Assembly (NCBI GenBank): GCA_040216775.1
Contig: JAVJOM010000047.1
Location: 25,941 to 89,940, forward strand
DNA length: 64,000 nt
Reading direction: 5' to 3'
DNA from: Hyphomonas sp.
Lineage (GTDB): Bacteria > Pseudomonadota > Alphaproteobacteria > Caulobacterales > Hyphomonadaceae
In this document: in pieces, positions 49,172 to 57,924 of the stretch
Layout: each line of letters opens with the position of its first letter
How positions within the stretch are numbered: the stretch's first letter is position 1
Program-made: the position numbers and the translations under genes
Notes under the pieces: model-generated
Told to the model about the DNA's origin: nothing
Seen by the model: only the letters and a program-made list of their open reading frames with translations
The model's database searches: none

Positions 49172-49241
49172 ACTTAGCTAGTCGTGAAAGTTTCTCTTGA
49201 CCCGGTGGGGGTCATGTAGATACTTTACTGTATGGCTAAGT
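49172..49241. promoter_or_regulatory. Two inverted copies of a putative ArsR operator around a TTGACC -35 element
   Basis: ACTTT-N8-GCTAAGT at 49222-49241 (covers the ATG) and its reverse complement at 49172-49191. Confidence 0.6.
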
Positions 49242-49567
49242 TTTCTGAAGACCTCGATATGACATTCTCGGCACTGTCCGATCCGACGCGGCGCGCGATC
49301 ATAGGCCGGTTGTGTGATGGTCCGGCATCCGTGGGCGAGCTGGCGGCGCCTTTCGACATCGCGCTGCCGACGCTGCTGAAGCATGTGCGCGTTCTAGAAA
49401 AGAGCGGCCTCGTCAGTTCCGAGAAGGTGGGGCGCGTCCGCACGTGCACGATCGAGCCACGCGCATTGCGCGCAAGCGACGCCTGGCTGCGCCAGCATAT
49501 CTCGCTTTGGGAAAAGCGACTGAACCGTATGGAAGATCACATCAAGCGCAGGAAAGAGGAGCGTTGA
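49232..49567 (+). CDS. ArsR/SmtB family regulator (SRPBCC-associated type)
   Basis: FSALSDPTRRAII, SVGELAAPF, KHVRVLEKSGLV, GRVRTC. Confidence 0.92.
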   Translation: MAKFSEDLDMTFSALSDPTRRAIIGRLCDGPASVGELAAPFDIALPTLLKHVRVLEKSGLVSSEKVGRVRTCTIEPRALRASDAWLRQHISLWEKRLNRMEDHIKRRKEER

Positions 49568-49570
49568 TTC

Positions 49571-50074
49571 ATGGAAGGAACATCCAACTTAGCACAGTCT
49601 GCATGGGCCGAATGGCCCATTGACCGGGAGATCGTCATAAGCCGGGTGATCGATGCGCCCCGCGACCTTGTCTATTCCGCGTGGACGGACCCGGAACAGA
49701 TCCAAACCTGGTTTGGGCCGGAGGGCTTTGCAATCGAGACGAAAGAGATCGATCTGGCTGCAGGCGGAGTCTGGCGGTTCGACATGGTGGCGCCGGATGG
49801 CACGCGCTTCGACAACAGGATGGTTTTTCTCCGCATGGAGGCGCCCTCGCTCCTGGAGGTTGAGCATGGATCGGATGTGGATGATGATCCCGGCAGGTTC
49901 CGGATGCTGCTGACTCTTGATGAACAAAGCAATGGAAAGACCGTTCTCACGCTCCGTCAGATGCATCCTTCAAAGGAACAACGGCAAAACAAGCTTGGTT
50001 TCGGCGCCGTCGAATATGGCGGACAGACGCTGGACAAGCTCGCGCGCCATGTCGCTGGTCGCCGTGCTGCATGA
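49571..50074 (+). CDS. SRPBCC/AHSA1-like protein
   Basis: REIVISRVIDAPRDLVYSAWTDP...WFGP...GGVWRF. Confidence 0.92.
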   Translation: MEGTSNLAQSAWAEWPIDREIVISRVIDAPRDLVYSAWTDPEQIQTWFGPEGFAIETKEIDLAAGGVWRFDMVAPDGTRFDNRMVFLRMEAPSLLEVEHGSDVDDDPGRFRMLLTLDEQSNGKTVLTLRQMHPSKEQRQNKLGFGAVEYGGQTLDKLARHVAGRRAA

Positions 50075-50309
50075 TCAGATGTCGTTCTGAAGCCAATGTG
50101 CTTTTGGATTGCGTGATCATCGCGCGAGAGAGGCCGACGCGGCAGGCGTCAGGACTGATCGCAGAAATGCGTTTCAGTGAAGGACGCTGCTGAAGATGAC
50201 CGGATTGGAGGTCCATGACCGAACCTAGGGCAGATTTCCGAGAAAGCGTTTGAAACTCTTCGGGGGATGCGGCAGCGTAGGCGCAGCCAGCCATTCCCGG
50301 AGAGAATTC

Positions 50310-52838
50310 ATGCGCCTTGTTGCCAGTCTTTTGCTTGCGGGGTTTGCCGTGTTTCCCTCTGCGTGTGCGGCGCAGCCAAAGGCGGCGGTGGCGGCAGAGG
50401 CGCCTGCCGGGGCGGATTGGGCGAGCGCGACCAAGGGGCTGACTCTGAAGGCGGGTTTCCTTGACCTCTATGTCGATACCAAGGACGGGCGCGTACTGGC
50501 GGCGTTTCCGGCACCGGATGCGGATGGCGTGGCCTTGCGGGCGATCCATGCCTCATCACTGACGGCGGGGCTGGGCTCGAACCCGATCGGACTGGACCGG
50601 GGCTATTTCGATGGCGGGCAAATCCTGGCGTTCCGCCGCATGGGCAAAAAAATCGTCGCGGAGAAAGAGAACTGGACCTATCGCGCAAGCGCCGAAAATG
50701 CGCTGGAACGCAAGGCGGTGCGGGAATCGTTTGCTCGCTCTTTCATCTGGTCCGGCGAGATCATTTCGCAATCGCCCGATGGCGCGCTGCTGGTTGATCT
50801 GTCTGGCTTCCTGACCCGCGATGCGCTGGACGTGCGCGGCGCGTTGGCGAACCATCCCGATGGGGGAGATTTCTCCATTGCGGATGACCGGTCGATGCCG
50901 GACGTATCGCAGGCGTTGAGCTTTCCGGACAATGCCGAGTTCGATGCCTTCCTGACACTGACGAGTGACAATCCGAAAGCGCAAGTTGTGGCGACGGCGG
51001 CGGATGGCCGGGCGTTCACACTGGTTCAGCACCAGTCACTGGTGCGCCTGCCGGACGATGGCTACACGCCGCGCATGTTCGATTCCCGCAGCGGGGCGAT
51101 TGATGTCGGCTTCTATGATTTTTCCGCGCCGCTGTCGGGCAATGTACGTCAGTCATTTGCGCGGCGCTTCCGGCTGGAAAAGCAGGACCCGACAGCGGCA
51201 AGCAGTCCGGCGAAGGAGCCGCTGGTCTTTTACGTTGATTCAGGGGCCCCGGAGCAGATCAGGCAGGCGCTGATCGAAGGCGCGTCATGGTGGGCGGATG
51301 CGTTTGCGGCGGCTGGCTTTCCGGATTCCTACCGCGTCGAGGTGCTGCCCGAGGGCGCGCATCCGCTGGACGTGCGCTACAACATGATCCAGTGGACTCA
51401 CCGGCAGACGCGCGGCTGGTCCTATGGCGGCGGCGTGTATGACCCGCGCACGGGCGAGATGCTGAAGGCCAATGTCATTTTGGGCAGCCAGCGCGTGCGG
51501 CAGGACCGGATGATCTTTGAAGGTCTGGCAGGCACGGACAAGACCGGCACGGGCGCAGCGGACGATCCGGTGGAACTATCATTGGCCCGCATTCGCCAGC
51601 TGTCCGCGCATGAGGTGGGACATACGCTGGGCTTTGCGCACAATTTTGCCGCCTCAAGCAATGATCGCGCGTCGGTGATGGATTATCCGGCTCCGATGGT
51701 GGTGTCTTCCGGTAACGCACTGGATTTTGGCGGCGCCTATGCGGTAGGCATTGGTAATTGGGACAAGGTGGCGGCAACCTGGCTGTATGCGCAGTATCCG
51801 GAAGGAACGGACGGCGCAGCGGCAGGCGAAGAAACGCTGATGGCAGCTTATGCAAGCGGCTTGCGGTTTGTCGATGATGCGCAGGGGCGCGGTGTGGGAA
51901 CCGCCCACCCGTATTCGAGCGTGTGGGACAATGGCAATGATCCTGTCGAGACACTGAATGAGACAATGCGCGTGAGGCGGATTGCGCTGGACGGCTTTGG
52001 CCTGGGCAATATCCAGTCAGGTGAACCGGTGTCGAAGCTGCGTGAGGTGATCGTACCGATTTACCTCTATCACCGCTATCAGGTGAACGCGGCGGCGAAA
52101 TCAATTGGCGGCTATGATTTCCGCTATTCCGTGCGGGGGGATGGCGGAGAGATTGGGGCGACGGTGCCGGTGGCCCAGCAGCGCGCGGCGCTGGACGCGC
52201 TGACGGCAACACTGGACCCGGCGGTTCTGGACCTGCCGGACGAGACACTGAACCTGCTGAACACGCCCTTGGATGCGTTCGGCGGTTCGGCATCGGGCGC
52301 GGAGTATTTTCCCGGCACGACGGGGGCGATGTTCGACCTGATGTCGGCAGCGGACGCGGCGGCGTCGCAAACGCTGGAAGCGCTGTTGCATCCGGCGCGT
52401 GTGGCGCGGCTGATCGAGGCCCGGCGCCGGGATGCAGGCGCGCTCAGCTATGAGGATGTTCTCGCCGATGTGGAGGCCGTGGTGTTTGCTGCGCCCACGA
52501 CGCCGCGACAGGGCGAGATCCTGCGCCGGGAGCAGGTGCGTTATGCCTCCTTGCTGATCGACCTGGCGGGGCAAGAAGGTGCGACGCCGGAAGTCGCCGC
52601 GCGGACGAATGCGTATCTCGGCGCGCTGGGCAAGCGGATCGCGACCAAGAGCGTGGACGCGAATGCGGCTACGCGCAGCGATATCGTGCGCAGGATAAAC
52701 GCGCACATGGCCCAACCAGCCGCCCCGGCTTCGCCCGTGGCGCGGGGCACGGATGTGCCGCCGGGCAGCCCGATTGGCTCTGACATGGGCGAGGCGTGTT
52801 GGCATTACGACACGGGTGCCGCGGTGCCGCGCCGCTAG
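50310..52838 (+). CDS. Secreted zinc metalloprotease (metzincin, DUF5117/DUF4953-like)
   Basis: Signal peptide; DPRTGEMLKA; HEVGHTLGFAHNF zinc motif; SVMDY Met-turn. Confidence 0.9.
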   Translation: MRLVASLLLAGFAVFPSACAAQPKAAVAAEAPAGADWASATKGLTLKAGFLDLYVDTKDGRVLAAFPAPDADGVALRAIHASSLTAGLGSNPIGLDRGYFDGGQILAFRRMGKKIVAEKENWTYRASAENALERKAVRESFARSFIWSGEIISQSPDGALLVDLSGFLTRDALDVRGALANHPDGGDFSIADDRSMPDVSQALSFPDNAEFDAFLTLTSDNPKAQVVATAADGRAFTLVQHQSLVRLPDDGYTPRMFDSRSGAIDVGFYDFSAPLSGNVRQSFARRFRLEKQDPTAASSPAKEPLVFYVDSGAPEQIRQALIEGASWWADAFAAAGFPDSYRVEVLPEGAHPLDVRYNMIQWTHRQTRGWSYGGGVYDPRTGEMLKANVILGSQRVRQDRMIFEGLAGTDKTGTGAADDPVELSLARIRQLSAHEVGHTLGFAHNFAASSNDRASVMDYPAPMVVSSGNALDFGGAYAVGIGNWDKVAATWLYAQYPEGTDGAAAGEETLMAAYASGLRFVDDAQGRGVGTAHPYSSVWDNGNDPVETLNETMRVRRIALDGFGLGNIQSGEPVSKLREVIVPIYLYHRYQVNAAAKSIGGYDFRYSVRGDGGEIGATVPVAQQRAALDALTATLDPAVLDLPDETLNLLNTPLDAFGGSASGAEYFPGTTGAMFDLMSAADAAASQTLEALLHPARVARLIEARRRDAGALSYEDVLADVEAVVFAAPTTPRQGEILRREQVRYASLLIDLAGQEGATPEVAARTNAYLGALGKRIATKSVDANAATRSDIVRRINAHMAQPAAPASPVARGTDVPPGSPIGSDMGEACWHYDTGAAVPRR

Positions 52839-52908
52839 ACAGGTTTTTCAATCGTCCTAAAGTATTCCAACGAGACCGGCTGAAGTTGGCGCGACAGGGA
52901 GTGAGACG

Positions 52909-53748
52909 ATGCAGATTGAGGCCTTGCCCGGTGTGGGCGCGGAGATAACCGGCGTGGATTTGCGCCATGCCACGCCCGCAGAGATGGACGCGATCAAACA
53001 AGCCTATGCCGAGCATGGTGTCGTGTTCTTCCGTGACCAGACCCTGAGTGAGGACGAGCATATTGCCTTCGGCGAACGGTTCGCGCCGATCAATGTGAAC
53101 CGGTTCTTTGCGGCGCATCCTGATTATCCGCAGATCGCCATGGTGGCCAAGGAGGCGGACCAGAAGGACAATATTGGTGGCGGCTGGCATACCGACCATT
53201 CCTATGATGTCGAACCGGCAATGGGCTCCGTTCTCGTCGCCCGAGTGTTGCCGGAGACGGGCGGCGACACGTTCTTCGCCAGCATGTACCGCGCCTATGA
53301 GACGCTGGACGATGCCACCAAGGCCGAGATTGACGACCTGTCGGCGATCCATTCTGCCAAGCACATCTTCGGCTCTCAGAAGGAGACCTATTACAATACG
53401 ACCGATGCGGGCGGCGGGCGGATCGGCAATGCGGCGGCGGCCGACGTGCTGGAAGACGTGGTTCATCCGGTGGTGATCACGCATCCGCTGAGCGGCAGGA
53501 AGGCGCTGTATGTGAACCCCGGTTTCACCGTGGGGATTGCGGGCAAGTCGAAAGAGCAGGGGGCCGAATTGCTGGGCCGGCTATTCGCGCATGCGATGAA
53601 GAAGGAGCATGCCTATCGGTTCGTCTGGAAGCCGGGATCGGTGGCGTTCTGGGACAACCGGTCAACCTGGCACTGGGCGTTGAATGACTATCACGGCCAG
53701 CGCCGGATCATGCATCGCATCACACTGGAAGGGTGTGCCTTGCACTAG
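52909..53748 (+). CDS. TauD/TfdA 2-oxoglutarate-dependent dioxygenase
   Basis: WHTDHSY, GGDT, HPVVITHP, WDNRSTWH...R. Confidence 0.93.
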   Translation: MQIEALPGVGAEITGVDLRHATPAEMDAIKQAYAEHGVVFFRDQTLSEDEHIAFGERFAPINVNRFFAAHPDYPQIAMVAKEADQKDNIGGGWHTDHSYDVEPAMGSVLVARVLPETGGDTFFASMYRAYETLDDATKAEIDDLSAIHSAKHIFGSQKETYYNTTDAGGGRIGNAAAADVLEDVVHPVVITHPLSGRKALYVNPGFTVGIAGKSKEQGAELLGRLFAHAMKKEHAYRFVWKPGSVAFWDNRSTWHWALNDYHGQRRIMHRITLEGCALH

Positions 53749-53758
53749 GCAGCGAGCC

Positions 53759-54013
53759 CTAATCGAGCTTGAATTCGACGCCGGTTTCCGTGCCGCTCTG
53801 CCAGCGGCGGATGCAGGTGCGCGGCCTTTTGAACTGCGGCATGTGCATGACAAACTGTTCGGGAAGCTCTGTGCCTTCCGGCGTCACGATGCGCGCGCCG
53901 CCGGGCGACACGTCGCGGATTTCACAAGACATCCTCTTGAAGAAGCCAAGCCGGATCATGCCGTTTGAGGCCAGACTTGTGCGACGTCCCCTGCGATTCA
54001 TGGTCGTGTTCAT
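53759..54013 (-). CDS. Single-domain PilZ protein
   Basis: NRRGRR (RxxxR) and DVSPGG (DxSxxG) c-di-GMP motifs; GAGGA RBS. Confidence 0.85.
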   Translation of the reverse strand: MNTTMNRRGRRTSLASNGMIRLGFFKRMSCEIRDVSPGGARIVTPEGTELPEQFVMHMPQFKRPRTCIRRWQSGTETGVEFKLD

Positions 54014-54146
54014 CGTTGATCCTCATGGACGCGACGGTAACCAACTGCGCATCCAGACGGTAACATGACAGAAACTGGTAAACAGATATTGCTGTGATAA
54101 GTGCAGTTTTGAAGCATTCAAAAAAGAAACGACAAAGGACGCGCCG

Positions 54147-55208
54147 ATGACTCAAGATGTTCGGATCATCACTCAAAAGGGGCTGGGCCGCATTACACTG
54201 ACGCGCCCGTCGGCCCTGCATGCGCTGAATGCGCCGATGTGCGAGGCAATCCTGTCGGCGCTGGAGCGGTGGCGTGATGACTCGACGGTTCATCTGGTCA
54301 TGGTGGAGCATGAAGAGGACACGCGCGGCTTCTGTGCGGGCGGCGACATTCGCATGCTGGCAGATAGCGGGGCAGGGGATGCAAGCGAAGCGAGGGCGTT
54401 TTTCAATGTCGAATACCGCATGAACGCGGCGTTGAATGCGTTTCCGAAGCCTGTGCTGGCGATCATGGACGGCGTGACCATGGGTGGCGGCGTGGGCCTG
54501 TCGGTGCACGGGTCACACAGGGTGGCGACCGAGCGGACCGTGTTTGCGATGCCAGAGACAGGCATTGGCCTGTTTCCCGATGTTGGCGGCGGCTGGTTCC
54601 TGCCGCGCCTGTCCGGTGCGCTGGGCACATGGCTGGCGCTGACGGGGGCGCGGCTGAAAGGGGCGGATGTTGCGGCAGCGCGGATTGCGACCCATTTCCT
54701 GCCATCCGAGCTGGTGACCAACCTGAAGAAGCAGGTTGAAGGCGCCGACTTTTCCGTGGATGCGGCGGGTCTGTTGAACGAAATCCTGCGCGGCGCGAGC
54801 CATACGGTTCCCGCAGGCAGTTTCGAGGCGCACCGGGATTTGATCGATCGATGCTTTACGCCGGATTCAGCCGAACAGATCGTTGCGGCGCTGGAGGCCG
54901 ATGGCAGCGCGTGGGCGGCCGAGCAGGTGGCCGTGCTGGGCACCAAGTCGCCCGAGACCGTGAAAGTGGCTTTGCGCCAGCTGCGCGAGGGCGCGGATCT
55001 GACCAGCTTTGAAGACAATATGCGGATGGAATACCGGATCGGGTGGCGCAAAGTGCAAAGCCCCGACTTCCTGGAAGGTGTCCGCGCGGTGATCGTGGAC
55101 AAGGACAATGCGCCGGTCTGGTCACCTGCGCGGCTGGAAGACGTGACGGAAGCAGACGTGGCGCGGTATTTCGCACCGCTGGGCGCGGACGAACTTCAAT
55201 TCGATTGA
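54147..55208 (+). CDS. 3-hydroxyisobutyryl-CoA hydrolase-like crotonase
   Basis: FCAGGDI, MDGVTMGGGVG, MPETGIGLFPDVG, DFLEGVRAVIVDKD. Confidence 0.9.
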   Translation: MTQDVRIITQKGLGRITLTRPSALHALNAPMCEAILSALERWRDDSTVHLVMVEHEEDTRGFCAGGDIRMLADSGAGDASEARAFFNVEYRMNAALNAFPKPVLAIMDGVTMGGGVGLSVHGSHRVATERTVFAMPETGIGLFPDVGGGWFLPRLSGALGTWLALTGARLKGADVAAARIATHFLPSELVTNLKKQVEGADFSVDAAGLLNEILRGASHTVPAGSFEAHRDLIDRCFTPDSAEQIVAALEADGSAWAAEQVAVLGTKSPETVKVALRQLREGADLTSFEDNMRMEYRIGWRKVQSPDFLEGVRAVIVDKDNAPVWSPARLEDVTEADVARYFAPLGADELQFD

Positions 55209-55278
55209 TCGAGGTACGGGGCTAGACAAGCCGTTTGCATTTCGGCCACAACCCCTTGGGCAGCTGAGGGAGACAAGC

Positions 55279-55989
55279 ATGCGTGGAGAAGTTCTGAAAT
55301 CCGATAGTCCGGATGGTTCCGGCCTGATTTTGGGTGAAGATGGCATGCGCTATCAATATTCGCAGGTGCAGGTGCGCAATGGCGCCGTCTTGCAGCCCGG
55401 CCAGACGGTGGATTTCGTCGGCATGGGCGAAGAGGCGCGCGACATCTATGCATTGGGCGCGGCAGCCGCCCCGGCGCAGCCTGCAACCACACCGGCAGCC
55501 TATACGGGCGCGCCGCCAGTCATGCCGGCGGCCGCGTATGCCGCCGCTGTGCCAATGAAGGGCGATGGACTGTGGACCTATTTCACGCGGGCTTTGACCA
55601 AGAACTTCGTCCAGTTCCATGGGCGCGCGCGACGCTCCGAATACTGGGGCTATGTCCTGTTTGCGACGATCTTCTATGTCGCCGCGCTATTCGTCGACGT
55701 GATGCTGAGCCTGGCGTTCTATGGCACCGACCAGTATGGCGACCCGATCATCCTGCCGATCCTGTTTATCGTATTCCTGCTCTACAATATCCTGCCATCG
55801 CTTTCGATCACCATTCGGCGGCTGCATGATCAGGACCTCAGCGGTTGGATGTATCTGATCAGCTTCATTCCATACATTGGTGGCCTGATCCTGTTGGTCT
55901 TCATGATCCTGGACAGCAAGCCGGCGACGAACAAGCATGGTCCGAGCCCCAAGTATATGGGCGCCACAACTGCCGATACTTTCGCCTAG
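55279..55989 (+). CDS. DUF805 membrane protein with an N-terminal cold-shock-like domain
   Basis: GLILGEDGMRY...GQTVDF, an Ala/Pro linker, GRARRSEYW, RRLHDQDLSGW, NKHGPSP. Confidence 0.88.
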   Translation: MRGEVLKSDSPDGSGLILGEDGMRYQYSQVQVRNGAVLQPGQTVDFVGMGEEARDIYALGAAAAPAQPATTPAAYTGAPPVMPAAAYAAAVPMKGDGLWTYFTRALTKNFVQFHGRARRSEYWGYVLFATIFYVAALFVDVMLSLAFYGTDQYGDPIILPILFIVFLLYNILPSLSITIRRLHDQDLSGWMYLISFIPYIGGLILLVFMILDSKPATNKHGPSPKYMGATTADTFA

Positions 55990-56032
55990 ATCGGCCAATA
56001 TCCCTATTTACCAAGTATTCATCATGAATCGA

Positions 56033-56064
56033 TGGCCGCCCTCACCTGCAGGGCGGCCACTTTT
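56033..56064 (+). terminator. Rho-independent terminator
   Basis: TGGCCGCCCT-cacctgc-AGGGCGGCCA then CTTTT. Confidence 0.75.
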
Positions 56065-56246
56065 CGTGTTTCAGGCGTATTTTGGTGCGATTTGGCTCGA
56101 AAACACGTTTCGAAGCAGTAACGGTTAATGCATTCGACCATTTGTTAACACTCTACACTTGAGAAGAGGGTATGATTATCAAATAATTAGGATTGATCGC
56201 GTAAATCTACTCAAACTACAACAAAAGTTGAGTGATGGTGGAAGTA

Positions 56247-56741
56247 ATGATGATCTCCGATATGCAGGAAACTGCACCCCTTTCCGTTGGCGAGTCTTTT
56301 CTCAAGTCTTTGTCCCTTCTTGAACAGGCGCACCGTCGTCTGCACGATGTCGTCAAGGACGACCTCGAGCGCGGTGGTGAACGATCGCTGACCGGCGTCC
56401 AGGCCCTGCTGATCTATGAGATTGGCGATGACGAAGCTCCGGCTTCGGTCCTTCGGGCCCGCGGTGCCTTTGCCGGCACGAGCCTGTCATACAACGTCAA
56501 GAAACTTCAGGAGGGCGGCTACCTGATCCAGACGCGCTCTGAAGACGACAAGCGCACAGTGACACTTCGCCTGACCGAGCGTGGCCTCAAGGTGCGTGAC
56601 CGTGTCGCCAACCTGTTCGAAAAGCAGGCAACGGCCCTGGAGCCGACAGCCAGCGTGCGTCACGACGACCTGTCGCAACTGAACAAGACCATTTCGCGCC
56701 TTGAGCGCTTCTGGTCCGACCAGATCCGCTTCCGCCTCTAA
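56247..56741 (+). CDS. ldtR: MarR-family regulator, LdtR-like
   Basis: HRRLHDVVKDDL, VQALLIYEIG, LSYNVKKL, RLERFWSDQIRFRL; start uncertain (56232-56250). Confidence 0.78.
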   Translation: MMISDMQETAPLSVGESFLKSLSLLEQAHRRLHDVVKDDLERGGERSLTGVQALLIYEIGDDEAPASVLRARGAFAGTSLSYNVKKLQEGGYLIQTRSEDDKRTVTLRLTERGLKVRDRVANLFEKQATALEPTASVRHDDLSQLNKTISRLERFWSDQIRFRL

Positions 56742-56770
56742 GCGGATTACGCGCTCTATCGCGTTTCCCG

Positions 56771-56805
56771 AAAAGCCCTCGTCGATACGGCGGGGGCTTT
56801 TTCTT
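56771..56805 (+). terminator. Rho-independent terminator
   Basis: AAAAGCCCTCGTCG-ata-CGGCGGGGGCTTTTT. Confidence 0.85.
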
Positions 56806-56827
56806 GAACGAAAGTCAGTGAACCCGC

Positions 56828-56858
56828 TTGACCTGAACCAAGGTTGAGGCCCGATACG
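56828..56858 (+). promoter_or_regulatory. MerR/SoxR-type promoter with a SoxR-like box
   Basis: TTGACC-N19-GATACG; the dyad CCTGAACC-aa-GGTTGAGG starts in the -35 and fills the spacer. Confidence 0.7.
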
Positions 56859-56886
56859 TCATGCTTCGATACTTCAAGGAGCAGAC

Positions 56887-57285
56887 ATGACCATTGAACA
56901 CGCCAAGATCCGGATTGCCCGACCCACTGATAATCTCGACGCCCTGTTGCCGTTCTATCGCGATGGACTGGGCTTCAATGTTCTCTACGAGTTTGGCGGT
57001 CATGGATATTTCGATGGCATCATGCTTGGCCATCGGGGCGCGCCCTATCACATTGAGTTCACCAAGGCGCACGGGCACACAGCCGGACGTGCGCCGACAG
57101 AAGACAATCTTCTGGTATTTTACCTGCCGGAGCCGGACCGGTTCGAGGCAGCGGTGCAGCGCATGCGTAGGGCAGGATTCAGCCCCGCGACCGCCTTCAA
57201 TGCCTATTGGGATGTGAAGGGCGTGACATTCGAAGACCCTGACGGATATCGCGTTGTCCTGCAGAACGCGGCCTGGGCAGTCTGA
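56887..57285 (+). CDS. VOC family protein (YycE-like)
   Basis: RIARPTDNL, FYRDGLG, YHIEFT, NLLVFY, TFEDPDGYRVVL; AAGGAG RBS. Confidence 0.9.
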   Translation: MTIEHAKIRIARPTDNLDALLPFYRDGLGFNVLYEFGGHGYFDGIMLGHRGAPYHIEFTKAHGHTAGRAPTEDNLLVFYLPEPDRFEAAVQRMRRAGFSPATAFNAYWDVKGVTFEDPDGYRVVLQNAAWAV

Positions 57286-57297
57286 AGGAACATTTTT

Positions 57298-57924
57298 CGG
57301 CCGCGCAATGATGGCGGATTCTATGTGCGCGGCCTTGTCTCGGCCGAAACGCTGGATGGACTCGATGGCATGCGGGCCGACACATACGGCGAATATGGAC
57401 TGACAGATCGCCTGACGCTGACGGGCAAGACCGAAGCTGTGTTCTACGAAGATAGTATCGGTGAGATCGACCGGCAATCTTACCGCGTGTCGCTGCGCCG
57501 GCAGTTGTGGTCCCGCAAGGGATTCACCTTGGGAGCGGAAGCCGCAGCCGTTTACGGCAATGCAATTGTGGGTACATTCGATTGTGACGAATAGGGCGGC
57601 GAGGCGCGCGTCAGTGGCGGTTATTCCGGCGTTCGCAGGTCGCTGGGCAATTACCTGTTCACCGACATTGCCATGATCAGCCATCAGGATGGCTGTCTGC
57701 GCCAGAGGGCGGAGTTCGGCTACGGGGCTGACATTTCAGACCGTATCTTTGTGACACAGCAAGTCTGGCTGGAGCGCAGCAATTACAGCGCAGACTCAAA
57801 CAAGTTCGAAAGCCAGGTCGGCTATCATTTCGGCCATTTCGACGTGTCGGTCGGCTATCGCGAGGATTTCGGCGGGGCCTATGAGGAAAACGCCTTTCTC
57901 ATCGCCCTGACGACGCGCCGCTAG
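57298..57924 (+). pseudogene. Disrupted putative outer-membrane beta-strand protein (5'-truncated, internal TAG)
   Basis: ORFs 57325-57594 and 57673-57924 share a frame and are separated only by TAG 57592-57594 (...CDE*GGEARVSGG...); no RBS or signal peptide upstream. Confidence 0.75.
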
